From: Chiloscyllium plagiosum
Taxonomy: Eukaryota
Reading direction: 5' to 3'
DNA: 64,000 bases
Assembly: GCF_004010195.1 (NCBI RefSeq)
Contig: NC_057719.1
Span: 68,810,622-68,874,621 of the forward strand
Position numbers and translations under genes: made by a program
Shown here: positions 13,953 to 26,738 of the stretch, piece after piece
Numbering within the stretch: position 1 is the first letter of the stretch
Layout of the letters: each line of letters opens with the position of its first letter
The notes under the pieces: generated by a model
The model's database searches: none
Told to the model about the DNA's origin: nothing
Seen by the model: only the letters and a program-made list of their open reading frames with translations

Positions 13953-14452
13953 NNNNNNNNNNNNNNNNNNNNNNNNNNNNNNNNNNNNNNNNNNNNNNNN
14001 NNNNNNNNNNNNNNNNNNNNNNNNNNNNNNNNNNNNNNNNNNNNNNNNNNNNNNNNNNNNNNNNNNNNNNNNNNNNNNNNNNNNNNNNNNNNNNNNNNNN
14101 NNNNNNNNNNNNNNNNNNNNNNNNNNNNNNNNNNNNNNNNNNNNNNNNNNNNNNNNNNNNNNNNNNNNNNNNNNNNNNNNNNNNNNNNNNNNNNNNNNNN
14201 NNNNNNNNNNNNNNNNNNNNNNNNNNNNNNNNNNNNNNNNNNNNNNNNNNNNNNNNNNNNNNNNNNNNNNNNNNNNNNNNNNNNNNNNNNNNNNNNNNNN
14301 NNNNNNNNNNNNNNNNNNNNNNNNNNNNNNNNNNNNNNNNNNNNNNNNNNNNNNNNNNNNNNNNNNNNNNNNNNNNNNNNNNNNNNNNNNNNNNNNNNNN
14401 NNNNNNNNNNNNNNNNNNNNNNNNNNNNNNNNNNNNNNNNNNNNNNNNNNNN
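13953..14452. other. Assembly gap (500 N)
   Basis: Run of N. Confidence 1.
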
Positions 14453-15220
14453 TAAAAGGAATACTGCACTTGAAAAAAATTATTATTCTTTGAAAATATA
14501 ATGAGCATAATTGATAAAGGGGATCTATTAAGATGTGGTATATTTGGATTTCCAAAATATATTCCAGTAAGGTGTTACATAAAAGGTTAGTGCTCAAGTT
14601 AAAAGCTCAAGGTGTATTATATTAGCATGGAGAGAGAATAATCATTTGAAACAAAAGGATAATTTTCAGATTGGTGCAGTATGACCATTTAGGTTCCAAA
14701 GAGAACAATGCTGTGGTCTCAATTGTTTCCAATTGATACTAATGATCTGAATGAAAGAATTTGGTGTTTTGAAGCCAACTTTTTTGACAATACAAAAAAT
14801 GGAAAGAGGAGGATTACACAAAGAGAGAAACTAGGGAAAAATTGAGGTAATTTATTTTAGTAGAAAGAGGAGTAAAGAAATGATTATTTCAATGCAGAGA
14901 GAGATTGCAGGATGATGCTATACAGAGGAATGTGGATATTCTCTCATATTAAACGTAAACAGTTTGTTTGTAGGTCCAGTAGGTAATTAGGATGCAATTA
15001 GTCTGCTTGCCTTTATTGCAATTGGGAAGCTACATTGTAGAGAACATTTGGTGGCAATGCTTAGAGTATTGTGCAGAATTCTGGTCTTCTTATTTAAGGA
15101 GGGATACAATTATATTGGGAAAAGCTTCTGATTCCAGAGTTGAAAGGATTGACTTATGACAATGGGTTTCATAGATTGAGCCTATACTAATTGGTGTTTG
15201 AGAAAATGAGAAGTGATCTT

Positions 15221-15478
15221 TCATTAAATTTGATTTATTACTGACTCATATACCGAGGTACAGTGGGAAGTGCTGTTTTACGTGCTTTACGGGCAGATTG
15301 AATTATACAAGAACATTAGGGTAACAGAACAGAGTGCTGGATACAATGTTACAGCTGCCGAGAGGTGTGGTGAGAGATCCAAATTAACATTAAAGAGGAC
15401 CATTCAAAAGTGATAATAGTGGGGAAGAAGCTGTTCTTGAATCTGTTCGTACATGCATATAAACTCTCATATCTTTTT
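15221..15478 (-). mobile_element. 3' fragment of a Rex1/Babar-like LINE nested in CR1
   Basis: Minus-strand translation ACTNRFKNSFFPT (typical C-terminal RT.R.KNSFFP motif) followed by a 3' UTR ending AATAAATCAAAT. It interrupts the host CR1 sequence agtgatct|tattgaaac. Confidence 0.6.
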
Positions 15479-15704
15479 TATTGAAACTGAGTAGGTTTGG
15501 CAGGGTTGGATTCTAAAACTAGGGACAGTTTTGGAATAATGGATATGCCATTTAAGAGATGGATGAAAGGAATTTATTCTCTCAGGATCACAAGTCTTCA
15601 GAATTCTCGACCTTAGGGAGCTCTGGAAGCTGGGTCATTGAATATTCAAGTCTGAGTTAGATAGATTTTACATCTTTGGGATGTGAATATTATGGCAACA
15701 GGCA

Positions 15705-16388
15705 GAACCATGAGATATAACAGCAGAAGTAGATCATTCAGCCCACTGGATCTGCTCCACTTTTCAATGACATAATGGCTGATTTGATTATCCTGAACTT
15801 CACTTTCCTGCCTTTTCCCTACAACTTTTTATTCCCTTACTGATTAAAAATCCATGTATCTCAGCCTTGAATATGGCTTAAGGACTCAGCCTTGATAGGC
15901 CTTTGCAGTAAAGAATTCCATAATTCACTACTCTTTTCATATATACAGCCCCTTATTCTGAAATTATGCTGTCTGATCCTATACTCTCCCAAGGGCAACA
16001 CAATCTCTCCACATCTACCCTGTCAAATTCCATAAGAATTTTGTTTCAATAAGATCATATTCTTCTAAATTCCAACAGGTAAATTTCCAACCTCTCCTCA
16101 TAAGACACTCCCTCCAAGTCTAGTATCAGCCTAGGAAATCATCCCTGAACTGCCTCCAATACCAGTACGTCTTCCCTGAGGTAAGAGGCCTAAAACTGTT
16201 CACAGTATTCCAGCTGTGCTCTGACTACTGTCTGGTTTTGTTTCAGCAAAGCCTCCCTACTATTGTACTCCATTCCCTTTGAAATAAAGGCCAACATTCT
16301 ATTTGCCTTCCCTATCACCTGCTATACTTCAGTGCTAGCTTTTTGTGATTCATGCATGAATCCCTCTGGTCTCTAGCTTTCTGCAGTC
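15705..16388 (-). mobile_element. CR1 LINE 3' fragment nested in the opposite orientation
   Basis: cagcagaagtagatcattcagccc tail; aaactgttcacagtattccag encodes LEYCEQF on the minus strand. Confidence 0.8.
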
Positions 16389-16849
16389 AGGAAAGTGGAG
16401 TAGAAGTCAATTTAAGACTAATTGTGATCTTATTGAATGGTGGAGCAGGACATAGTCCGACTCCTATTTCTCATCTAGTGACTAGCTGTTTACCACAATG
16501 GCTATACATGGTCTGAGACTGAAGGGGATGAGAATGAAGATGTAATTCCTTGCTGCTAGCTGCCATTGTGCTGGCACAAATCTGCACCTCAACTATTTTG
16601 AGGAAGGGCTGAGGTCCTTGCCCCCATGTTTTGGATAACTTTTTAATGAATTACAAAACCAATTAAGACCACTGATCAGAGATTAATTGAACAATTTGGG
16701 ACCCCACAATAGGTAGAAAGTGACAGCTGTCTGGAAATTAAGTATGGGAGAGTCACCAGACTAAGTGAGACAATATCCCTGGAGCATTTTGAGAATGCCC
16801 TTCCCTGCCTACTTTGCCACAGTGGAAGTCAAAAATGTCTAGAAGTCTT

Positions 16850-17250
16850 AAGAAGGAATCTGAAGATCCTCCAAGCTTGAGAATCAAGAGGTATTCCCAT
16901 TGAAGCACGCAGGATTCCGAAGGAACTTGACAAGATACATACCGAGAGATGAATCTAGAACACGAAGACACAGTCTCCTGTTACAGCAATGATCATTTCA
17001 GGCTGGGATAAGGGGAAACTTCTTTATTCCACGTGTTGTGAATCTTAATTTGGAAATTAATTTTGGAAATCCCTGCCTCAGAGAGTTGGAGTATCCATCA
17101 CTGAGACAGGCAGATATTTGGTGACTCGAGGGATATCATAAGGGAACAGGTTAAAAAAAAATTGTGTCAGGAAGAGGTGAAGATCATATTAAATGGTAGA
17201 ACAGCGTCAAATGGTTATGCATTTACTCCTGCTTCTATTTCTTATGTTCT
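16850..17250 (+). mobile_element. CR1 LINE 3' fragment
   Basis: gaatctagaacacgaagacacagtctc (ESRTR.HSL), with the tail ...actcctgcttctatttcttatgttct. Confidence 0.7.
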
Positions 17251-20200
17251 TTTTTTAAAATATTTTCTTTGTGCCCCTTATCTCTAACTTCTGGCTGTAG
17301 ATTCTTTCATGATAAAGGACCTTCCAGCTTTGAGTGCCTGCCTGCTGCCTTAGTGAAGTGGCAAGCGTGACTTGTGGACCATCCATGCAAATTCAGTATC
17401 AGAGGACTGCTCCCAACATGGAGTGGAATAAGAACCTTATTTAATTCCCCAACATCATAGTCCTGAACCATAAAAGAAAATCTACTCTGTGTTATACTGT
17501 TTGGATGGCCTGTTTTTGTACAAAAGGAGAGATTAGGCTATCATACTTAACTGTTAGACAACCATTGGAGGGGCATAAGGTCCCATCCATTGAGGAGATT
17601 TGCACTCTGAAGAAAGGACCTTGACAAGACACATATGGCAAAAGTGGTACTTTGGTAACTTTTTGTATCAGGCATATAATGCAGTAACGTAACAAAGATG
17701 ATGCTATTGGACATTTAGCAGCTGTTCGATTTACAAATTATCATCATCACTGTATTGGACTGTTGGATACAGAATTAATATGAAAGAATTAGCTTTCAGT
17801 GCAATGTATGAATTATTTCCCTTCAGTAATCGCAATGTTACTTCGATGTTATGAACCAACTGGCCAATTGTTAACAGAATGAAGGCACCAAAATGTAAGT
17901 GAAACTTTGATAAAAGCTAAAATGTGACCCTAATTTATGACCCTAGTTCATGATTAAGAATTCAAAAGGTAATTTTCAGTGATTGCAAACGGATTTCATC
18001 TATATTATTCACTTGCTCCTTCTGATGTAATTTCCCTCCTAGTTGTAATTTTTTTCCCTCCCTTCAGCAACAGGTCAATTGAATGAACATTTGTACTGTG
18101 GAAGTCTGGGAGTCTGGAATGAATTGGTAAACTGGTGTCCATCATTTGCTGTAGAAGGTCAGAGCTGAAATTGACCCACCCTTAGCCCCAAATCTTCCAA
18201 TATGCAGATACTTTACTAGTTCACGATTAGGAGTTAGAATATTGTCTTATTTTTCATCTCCCTCCCCCCTTTTTCCAACTCAATTATCGCACTATGTTGT
18301 GCCAGATAAAATCATCCAATTCAATACAACCTCTGAAAATCAAGTCGTCTCCATCTCGAAATTAACAGCATCCGGTGAAGGATTGGGAATTCTGAAATAC
18401 CAGCATTGCAGAAGTCATTTTCAGCTATCAACATTTTCTACTTAATAATGCTACTTTTGTTCTACATGTATCAAGTCTGTAAATGTAAACCCTTTGATGC
18501 AGAATGTTGATGCAGGACATTTCTTGTATTAAAATAAATCGGTAGCAAGGATTTTCAGGTGGAAAATTTTGGACAATTATATCCGAAGTGTTCTTTAATT
18601 AATCTCTTATGTGTCTGGAGAAAAGCCATTTTATAAAATACTCTTCAGTACTGGTTAATATAGGCCTCAGATAGCTGTAATCACATGCTTAAAATTGCAA
18701 CTTGCGCCATCTTAATCGAAATGATACAAAAACAACACTATGGCAGTTACAGCACAAAAATACACGTGAAGTTGTCCTTAGAGCAGCCATATTAGAATAA
18801 TTCTGTTTTACGTGATGGCATTAGAATGCAGGTATGATGAATGATTTAAATTCCCTATCTGGAATGAATTGAGTGCCATTGATGTACAGTGATGCTGATA
18901 CATTTCAGGTTATTCAGCAATGTACCTGAATATGGGGCAAAAAATATTCTGAAAAAGATTTAGATAATGTTTTTGAAAAATATCAGTTCCGAGATCATTG
19001 CAATGTAGTTCAATAAATGTTTAAAAGTTTCCTATGGGTTTTGTTTTCAATCAAATGCAATAGTGCTGAATAAATAAGATCACCATTATTGTATAAAATC
19101 TGTTAACCCTGATGGATGCATGGTGTGATGGGAATCAGGATATAGTGGGACTCAGGGCGAGATGAGATTCGGGATATATTAGAATTTGAAGGTTGATGGG
19201 ATTCAGGATATAATGGAATTGCTGACAAGTTGGCAAGGCACTCAACCTGATGTTTTACAGCAATTCTTGCCATGTCTTCCTCCAACTAGGCGTTTAGAGG
19301 GTAACTGCGGCCCTTCTCTAAAATCAGGTCCTGGATGTAGAAATCCTGACAGGTCACAATCAACAGCACTGCCTCAAAGGTTATGGCAGAGCACCCAACA
19401 TCCTAAGGTCCAAGGATCCCCAGCACCCACCTATTTAAATCACCTTCCTGCCTCCAGACACACCACCACAGTCACCAGAAGATCCCAACAGGTCATCTTC
19501 GTGGTCACCATTATTGATGCCAACCTTCCGTTTTTATGATGTTGGTTTCCCAACTGTCATGATGGGATTTAAATACCTGTCTTCTTATCAAACTTGAAGT
19601 TAACGGGATGTTCCTTTTTATAACCAGGTTCTGCAAAAGCTGGATCATTGGATCGAATTTTCCTTGTGAGTATCTCAGTTAAATGTTCTAAACAAGGTTT
19701 CTCACCCATATTGAATTGCTTGAGTGTGTACTCCCCTTGTTTGCAGTTCTGCAAACATGTCCTACTTTTGCGTATCTTCTCGAAGTGACCTACATTCTGA
19801 TAGATGTGGAATACTTTTGTACTGGTTCGGAGCCCTGACAGTGCCGGTCATTTCTCCTTTCATTCCTCCTTCATGTTATTATTAATAATTATTGCTGTAA
19901 AACTGTTTTAAGTCTATCAGCTCAATATCACTTGTAATATGCAGCTCATTAAGCTTGTATTCAGCATTCTGTTTTAAGTTTGGTAACTTTAGAGTTTGAA
20001 GGACTGTGCAGACCTTTTTTTGTTTTCCAGTCTTTTTGTAAAAAAAGCTTGTAATTCTGAATTAAATTACGATGCAAAGTTTTAAAATATGTAACGGCTA
20101 TTCTCTAGTGATTCATTGTATTTAAGCTTTCAAATTCTGTTTGTTATATGATATCTCTGTATTGGCTATCCCTTTTGTGTTAGAATATTTCTGCCATTTT

Positions 20201-20704
20201 TAGCACCGGGAGTGTAGCTTCCTGCCTTTTTCAGGGTTTCTCGTCTTCAGCCAAGATGGAGTTTTCTCATTTCTTCCAAAGCAAAATAGACATTTTCCCA
20301 ACTTTCTCTGTCTAAAATACCAAGCACTTCCGAGTATACAAATTGTTAAATAACGTTTTCTGGTGATTCTAAATTTCCGTCTATTTAAATCTTTCATTTC
20401 TCCTAACTTTTTAAAAAATCCTGCTAGAGTCTCACTGGATTTAACATAAATAAGCTGTTGACCAGCTTCAGCAAATTGTGTAATCTTCCTAATCCTGCAA
20501 CCCTGGTATAAATTTTTTTGACCCTGTACCTTGCAGCTATGCCTTTGGAACTGAATTTGGGTGGTGTTAATGTTCATTATGAGAGATGAAAACTCTTTTT
20601 TGCACTCCCTTGACTTCACTTTCTGGACCTTGTTATATTTTGATACCCTTTTCCCCTAATGATGTCCAACTTTACAACTGGATCCTTCTTCCATTACTTA
20701 TTTG

Positions 20705-21462
20705 TGCAGGGACTGTGGGCTTTGCTGACTGGGCCTGCATTTATTGCCCATCTCTAATTGTCCTTTAGAAGATGGTCTAGATTAGAGTGGTGCTGGAAAA
20801 GCACAGCACGTCAGGCAGCATCTGAGGAGTAGGAAAAACGATGCTTCAGGCAAAAGCCCTTCATCATGTCTGAAGGCAGGGAGCCCCTCCAGGGTGGAGG
20901 GATAAATAGGAAAGCTCCCTGCCTTCAGTTCCAATGAAGGGCTTTTGCCTGAAACGTCGATTTTCCTATTCCTCAGATGCTGCCTGACCTGCCGTGCTTT
21001 TCCAGCACCACTCTAATCTGGACTCTAATTTCCAGCATCTGCAGTCCTTACTTTTGCCTTTAGAAAGTGATGTTGAGTTACCTTCATGAGCCATTGTAGT
21101 CCTTGTGGTATAATTATACTCAGAATCCTGAGGGAGAGGTGATCCAGGAGATTGACCAAGAGACAGTAAAGGAGCAGGGATATAATTTCTGATCAGGATA
21201 TTGAATAGCTTGGGAGGTTACTTATAAGCAGTCACGTTTCATGGGCGTGGAAGTTATTATACAAGGAGCTTTGGTGAACTTTTGCAGTGAATCATATAAA
21301 CGATGTACATTGCATCTCCTGTGCATTGGTGGAGGGAGTAAATGATTGGCATCACATGCACAATCAAGTGTGCTTCGCTGCTGTGGATGTTGTCAAGCTT
21401 TTTGAGTGATGTTGGAGCTATGCTCAAATGGGAGGTGGAGTGTATTCCATCACATTCCTGAC
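20705..21462 (-). mobile_element. 3' part of the same LINE family as copy A, interrupted at 20777-21056
   Basis: Tail gggcctgcatttattgcccatctctaattgtcc matches 1685-1720 and continues after the insertion. Confidence 0.75.
20777..21056. mobile_element. Fold-back Penelope-type short element with two decayed hammerhead-like motifs
   Basis: Long inverted repeat agattagagtggtgctggaaaagcac...cccttcat / atgaagggcttttgcctgaaacgtcg...gcaccactctaatct, with an inner 15-bp inverted repeat ctgaaggcagggagc/gctccctgccttcag. Flanked by diverged direct repeats cctttagaagatggt / cctttagaaagtgat. Confidence 0.78.
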
Positions 21463-21464
21463 CT

Positions 21465-22702
21465 GAGAGTCGTAGAGATGTACAGCACAGAAACAGACCC
21501 TTCAATCCAACCTGTCCATGCTGACCAGATATCCTAAGTAAATCTAGTCCCATTTGCCCGCACTTGGCCCATATCCTTCTCAAACCTTCCTATTCATACA
21601 CCCATCCAGATGCCTTTTAAATGTTGTAATTGTACCAGCCTCCCCTATGTCCTCTGGCAGCTCATTCCGTATGCACACCACTCACTGTGTGAAAAAGCTG
21701 CCCCTTCAGCTTTTTCACACAGTGAGTGGTGTGCATACGGAATGAGCTGCCAGAGGACATAGGGGAGAGGGGAAAGATTTAAAAGGGTTAGGTCCCTTTT
21801 AAATCTTTCCCCTCTCACCTTTAACCTTTGCCGTCTAGTTCTGGACTCCCCACCCCAGGCAAAGGACCTCGTCTGTTTACATTATCCATGCCTCCCATGA
21901 TTTTACAAACCTCTATAAGGTCCATCCTCAGCTTCCAATGCTCCAGGGAAAACAGCCCCAGCCTATTCAGCCTCTTCCTATAGCTCAAACCCTCCAACCC
22001 TGGCAACATGCTTGTAAATCTTTTCTGAACCCTTTCAAATTTTATAACATCCTTCCAAGAGGAAGGAGACCAGAATTGCACACAGTATTCCAAAAGTAGC
22101 CTAACTAATTTCCTGTACAGCCGTAACATGACTGCCTAACTCCTATACTTAACGCACTGAAGAAATAATCCAATAAAGAAAAGTATTCCAAACGCCTCCT
22201 TCATTATCCTGTCTACCTGCAACTCCACATTCAAGGAACTATGAACCGGCACTCCAAGCACTCTTTATTCAGCAACACTCCCCAGGATCTTCCCATTAAG
22301 TGTATAAGTCCTGTCCTGATTTGCCTTTTCAAAATGCAGCACCTCAAATTTATCCAAATTAAACGCATCTGCCACTCCTCAGCCCATTGGCCCATCTGAT
22401 CAAGATCCCATTGTGCTGTAAAGTAACCTTCTTTGCTGTCCACTACACCTCCAATTTTGGTGTCATCCGCAAACTTACTAACCAGACCTCCTATATTCAC
22501 ATCAAACCATTTATATAAATGACGAAAAGCAGTGGACTCAGCACTGAACCTTGTGGCACACCACTGGTCACAGGCCTCCAGTCTGAAAAGCAACCCTCCA
22601 CCACTACCCTCTGTCTCCTACCTTCGAGCCAGTTCTGCATCCAAATAGCTAGTTGTCCCTGTATTCCATGTGATCTAAGCTTGCTAACCAGTCTCCCATG
22701 AG
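21465..22702 (-). mobile_element. CR1 LINE 3' half
   Basis: Minus-strand ORF pieces [15 protein letters not shown] and LEYCVQFWSP...RVQKRFTSMLPGL, plus the CR1 tail. Confidence 0.92.
21640..21816. repeat. Two adjacent perfect inverted repeats (61-bp and 23-bp arms)
   Basis: 21640-21700 is the exact reverse complement of 21707-21767, and 21765-21787 is the exact reverse complement of 21794-21816. Both loops are 6 nt. Confidence 0.97.
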
Positions 22703-24537
22703 ATTGCTCCCTATAGAATCTCCTTTGTTACATCTTTTATCTTTTCCTAAGTGCAGTTAGATTTTTTCTCTTCCTCGTACCTACACACTTGCACCTCTTA
22801 CAAGCTTCTTGATGAAGTTTTAATTTTGCAGTGCTGAGCTTGCCCTGTTACTGCTGCAGTCTCTTTTTGTAATACTGTTTTAATTGCTGACTGAATACCT
22901 TGTTAAAATGGTAATGTTTTTAAAGTGGTAAATTCACTTTCCTCCACAAAGTTCCTTGTCTGGTTCTTGTGAAGGTTTCTGCTGGTGTCAAGTATCTTGA
23001 GTGTTGTTGGAGCTGCACTCATCCAGTCAGTGAGGGGTATTCCATCACATTCCTGTTTTGTAGATGGCCATTTCACAAAAAAATGGGAGACTTTGGGGAG
23101 TTAGGAGGTGAGTTATGTGCTGCAGGATTCCTGGCTTCTGACAATGCTAGTCCAGTTCAGTTTCTGGTCAATGGTAATGTTGACAGTAATCAGTATGTTG
23201 ACAGTTAGGATTTCTGTGATGGTAATACCATTGAATGACAAGATGTGATGAATTAGATTCACTTTTTTTGGAGACAGTCATTGCTTAGCAATAGTGTGGC
23301 ACAAATGTTTTCATGCCACCTGTCAGCCTGAGCTTTGATATTCTCCAGGTCTTGTGGCATTTGGGTATTGACAGCTTTAGTGTATGAGGAGTTGTGAACG
23401 GTGATGAACACTGTGCAATCATCAGCAAACATCTCCACTTCTGACCTTAAGATGGAGGGAAGATCATTGATGGAATAGTTAAAGATGGTTGGGCCCAGGA
23501 CACTATCCTGAGGAACTCCTGCAGAGATGTCCTGGAGCTGAGATGACCGGCTTCCATCTTCCTGTTTTCTAGATTTGAATCCAAACAGTGGAAGATTTTC
23601 CACAATACTCATTATTTAAAGCATTGTTAGGGCTCCTTGATGCTACTTGGATTAAGATTAATACTGCCTTGATATTGAGGGCTATCATTGTCACCTCACC
23701 TCTGGAATTCAGCTCTTTAGTCCATGTTTGAACCAAGGCTATAATCAGGTCAGGAGCTGAGTGACCCAGGCAGAAATCAAACTAAGCATTATGAGCAGAT
23801 AATTGTTCAGTAAGTGTTACCAGATAGCAGTATTGGTGGCCTTTTCCATCATATTGCTGATGATCAAGAGTAGGCTGATAGGATGCTAATTGTCCAGGTT
23901 GGATTGTTCCCACATTGTAAGGTAGATGCCAGTGTTAGAGATGCATTGGACGAGTTTGGCTAGGGGTATATCAAGTTCTAATGCATAAATCTTCAATACT
24001 ATTGTGAGGCCCCATAGCCTTCACAATATTCAGTGCCTGGAGTCATTTCTTGATATCATGTGGGGTGAATTGGCTGAAGACTGTGATCCTGTGACCCCTG
24101 GATGAGGTCAAGATGGATCATCTCAGCACTTCTAACTGAAACTTGGTGCAAATGCTTCACCCTCCTCTTTTGCTCTGGAATGCTTCCTTTGACAGCCCCC
24201 CCCCCCCCCCCCCGCCACCAACTATTGTTTAGGATGAGTATATTTGTAGAGCCTCCTCTTCCAGTGAGTTGTTTGATTATCCATCATTCTTCATGATTGG
24301 ATGTGATAGGAGTGCAAAACTTCGATTTGATCCGTTGATTTAGATTTAGGGTTTAGATGTTTCAAAAGGAATGGTGGGGGGCGCGGTGGAAAAAACGATG
24401 CATCCCCCAATAGCAATAGAGACACGGAGGAGCAGATTGAGAGGCAGATTTTCGAAAGTTGCAGACGTAACAGGGTTGTTGCCATGGATGACTTTAACTT
24501 TACTAATATTGATTAGAACCTCCTTAGTTCAAATATA

Positions 24538-24693
24538 CAGGAACCTTGATTATCTGAAGGCCACGGGCGGGGACTATTTTGTTCAGTTAATCAAATGCAA
24601 TAACATAGTTTTGCCATGCATTGGGCCCTTGCGATCTTGTTCGGATAATCTGAAATTCGGATAATCGAATGCCGAATAATTAAGGTTCCTCTG
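24538..24693. mobile_element. MITE with terminal inverted repeats and TA target duplication (Tc1/mariner-pogo type)
   Basis: TA-CAGGAACCTTGATTAT ... ATAATTAAGGTTCCTCTG-TA. It interrupts the CR1 endonuclease sequence agttcaaat(a)gcttggatgg. Confidence 0.75.
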
Positions 24694-26384
24694 TAGCTTG
24701 GATGGAGCAGTTTTTGTCAGGTGTGTCTAAGAAGGATTCCTGACTCAATATGTTGATAGAGTGGAGGTCATTCCCAATATGCTGACTTAGAGTGGAGGCC
24801 ATATTGCATTTGGTGCTTTCCAACGAACCAAGCCAAGTGTCAGATCTCTCAGTGGGAGTGCATTTCAGTGATAGCGATCAAAACTCCCTGACCGTTACTA
24901 TAGTCAATGGAGAGAGATAGGAGCAGATGGTATGGGAAAGTATTTATTTGGTGGAGGGGGAATTACAATGCTATTAGGCAGGAGCTGGGACGCCGAAATT
25001 AGGAGCAGATGTTCTCATGAAACTGCATGATAGAAATGTGAAATTGTTTAGGGAGCACTTGCCGATAGTGGTAGATAGCTTTGTGCCAGTGAGGCAAGGA
25101 AGGAATGGTAAGGTGAAGGAAACTTGGGTGACAAGGGACGTGGAACATCTGGTCAAGAGGAAGTAGCAAACTTACTTAAGGTTGAGGACGCAAGGATAAG
25201 ACAGGGCTCTAAAGGGTTACAAGGTAGCCAGGAAGGAACTGACGAATGGACTTAGGAGAGGTTGAAAGGAGCATGAAAATGTTTTAGCTGGTAGGATTAA
25301 GTAAAACCCTAAGGCATTCCACACCTATGTAAGGAACAAGAGAATGGCCTAAATGAGGGTAGGGCTGATCAGGGAGAGTGAAGGGAACTTATGCCGAGAG
25401 TCAGAGGAGGTAGGGGAGGTCTTTGCTTCTGCATCCACTACTGAGAGGGACCTTATTGTTTGTGAGGACAGCATGAAACAGGCTGATATGTTTGAACAGA
25501 TTGATGTTAAGAAGGAGAATGTCCTGAAAATTTTGAAAACATAAATATAGTAAGAGAAGAGGTTACTATGTCTTTGGCGATGATCTTTGGGTCCTTACTG
25601 TCCACTGAAGTAGTGCCAGATGGTGGAAGGTGGCAAATTTTATTCCTTTGCTCAAGACAGGGAATAGGAATAATCCTCGGAATTACTAGACCAGTCAATT
25701 TTACATCTGTGGTGGGCAAATTATTGGAAAGGATTCTGAGAGCCAGTATTTACAATTACTTGGAAAAGCATAGTTTGATTAGAGATAGTCAGCATGGCTT
25801 TGTGAGGGGCAGGTCATGCCTCACAAGTTTTATTGAATTCTTTGAGGATGTAACAAAACACATTGATGAAAGTAGAGTAGTGGATGTGATGAACATGGAT
25901 TTTAGCAAGGCGTTTGATAAAGTTCCTCATGGTAGGTTCATTTAGAAGTTAAGGAGGCATGGGATACATGGAAAGTAGCTGTCTGGATACCCACTGGTTG
26001 ACCCATATAAGACAGAGAGTGGTAGTAGATGGAAAGTATTCAGCCTGGCGCTCGGTGACCAGTGGTGTCCCGCAGGGATCTGTTCTGGGACCTCTGCTGT
26101 TTATGATTTTTATAAATGACTTAAATGAGGAAGTGGAAGGGTGAGTTAGTATGTTTGTCGATAACACTAAGGTTGGTGATATGTTTGATAGTGTAAAGGG
26201 CTGTTATAGGTTGCAACGGGACATGGACAGGATGCAGAACTGGGCTGATAAGCAGCAGATGGAGTTCAACCTGGAAAAGTGTGAAGTGATTCATTTTGGA
26301 AGGTTGAATTTGGATGCAGAATTCTTGGCAGTGTGGAGGAATAGAGGGAACTTGGGGTCCATTTCCATAGATTCCTCAAAGATT

Positions 26385-26738
26385 TGCAACATGGTGGCTC
26401 AGTGGTTAGCACTGCCATCTCACAGTGCCAGGGACCCAGGTTCGATTTCAGCCTCAGGTGACGCTCTGTGTGGAGTTTGCACATTCTCTCCGTGGAGTTT
26501 GCACATTCTCTCCGTGTATGTGTGGGTTTCCTCTTGGTGCTCTGGTTTCCTCCCACAATCCAAAAATGTGCAAGTCAGGTGAACTGGCCATGCTAAATTG
26601 TCCATAGTGTTAGGTGCATTAGTTGGGGGTAAATATAGGGAAGAGAAATGGATCTGGGTGGGTTGCTGTTCGGTGATCATTGTGGACTTGTTGCGCCAAA
26701 GGGCCTGTTTCCATTCTGTAGGGAATCTAATCTAATCT
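26385..26738 (+). mobile_element. V-SINE (HE1-type) nested in CR1
   Basis: TGGCTCAGTGG A box, GGTTCGATTTC B box, V-domain with a 22-bp tandem duplication (26470-26513), and (AATCT)n tail. The host CR1 resumes at aaagttgccacc. Confidence 0.92.

Larger units (their letters stand above)
14500..16475 (+). mobile_element. Old CR1 LINE RT/3' fragment interrupted by two nested insertions
   Basis: gatgtggtatatttggatttc (DVVYLDF) and gagtattgtgcagaattctggtct (EYC..FWS). The tail resumes at ~16390 (caggaaagtggagtag...gaatggtggagcagg). Confidence 0.75.

Noticed and set aside
13921..14597. Long ORFs here and at 56577-57524 and 61875-62852
   Set aside because: Artefacts of translating N runs.
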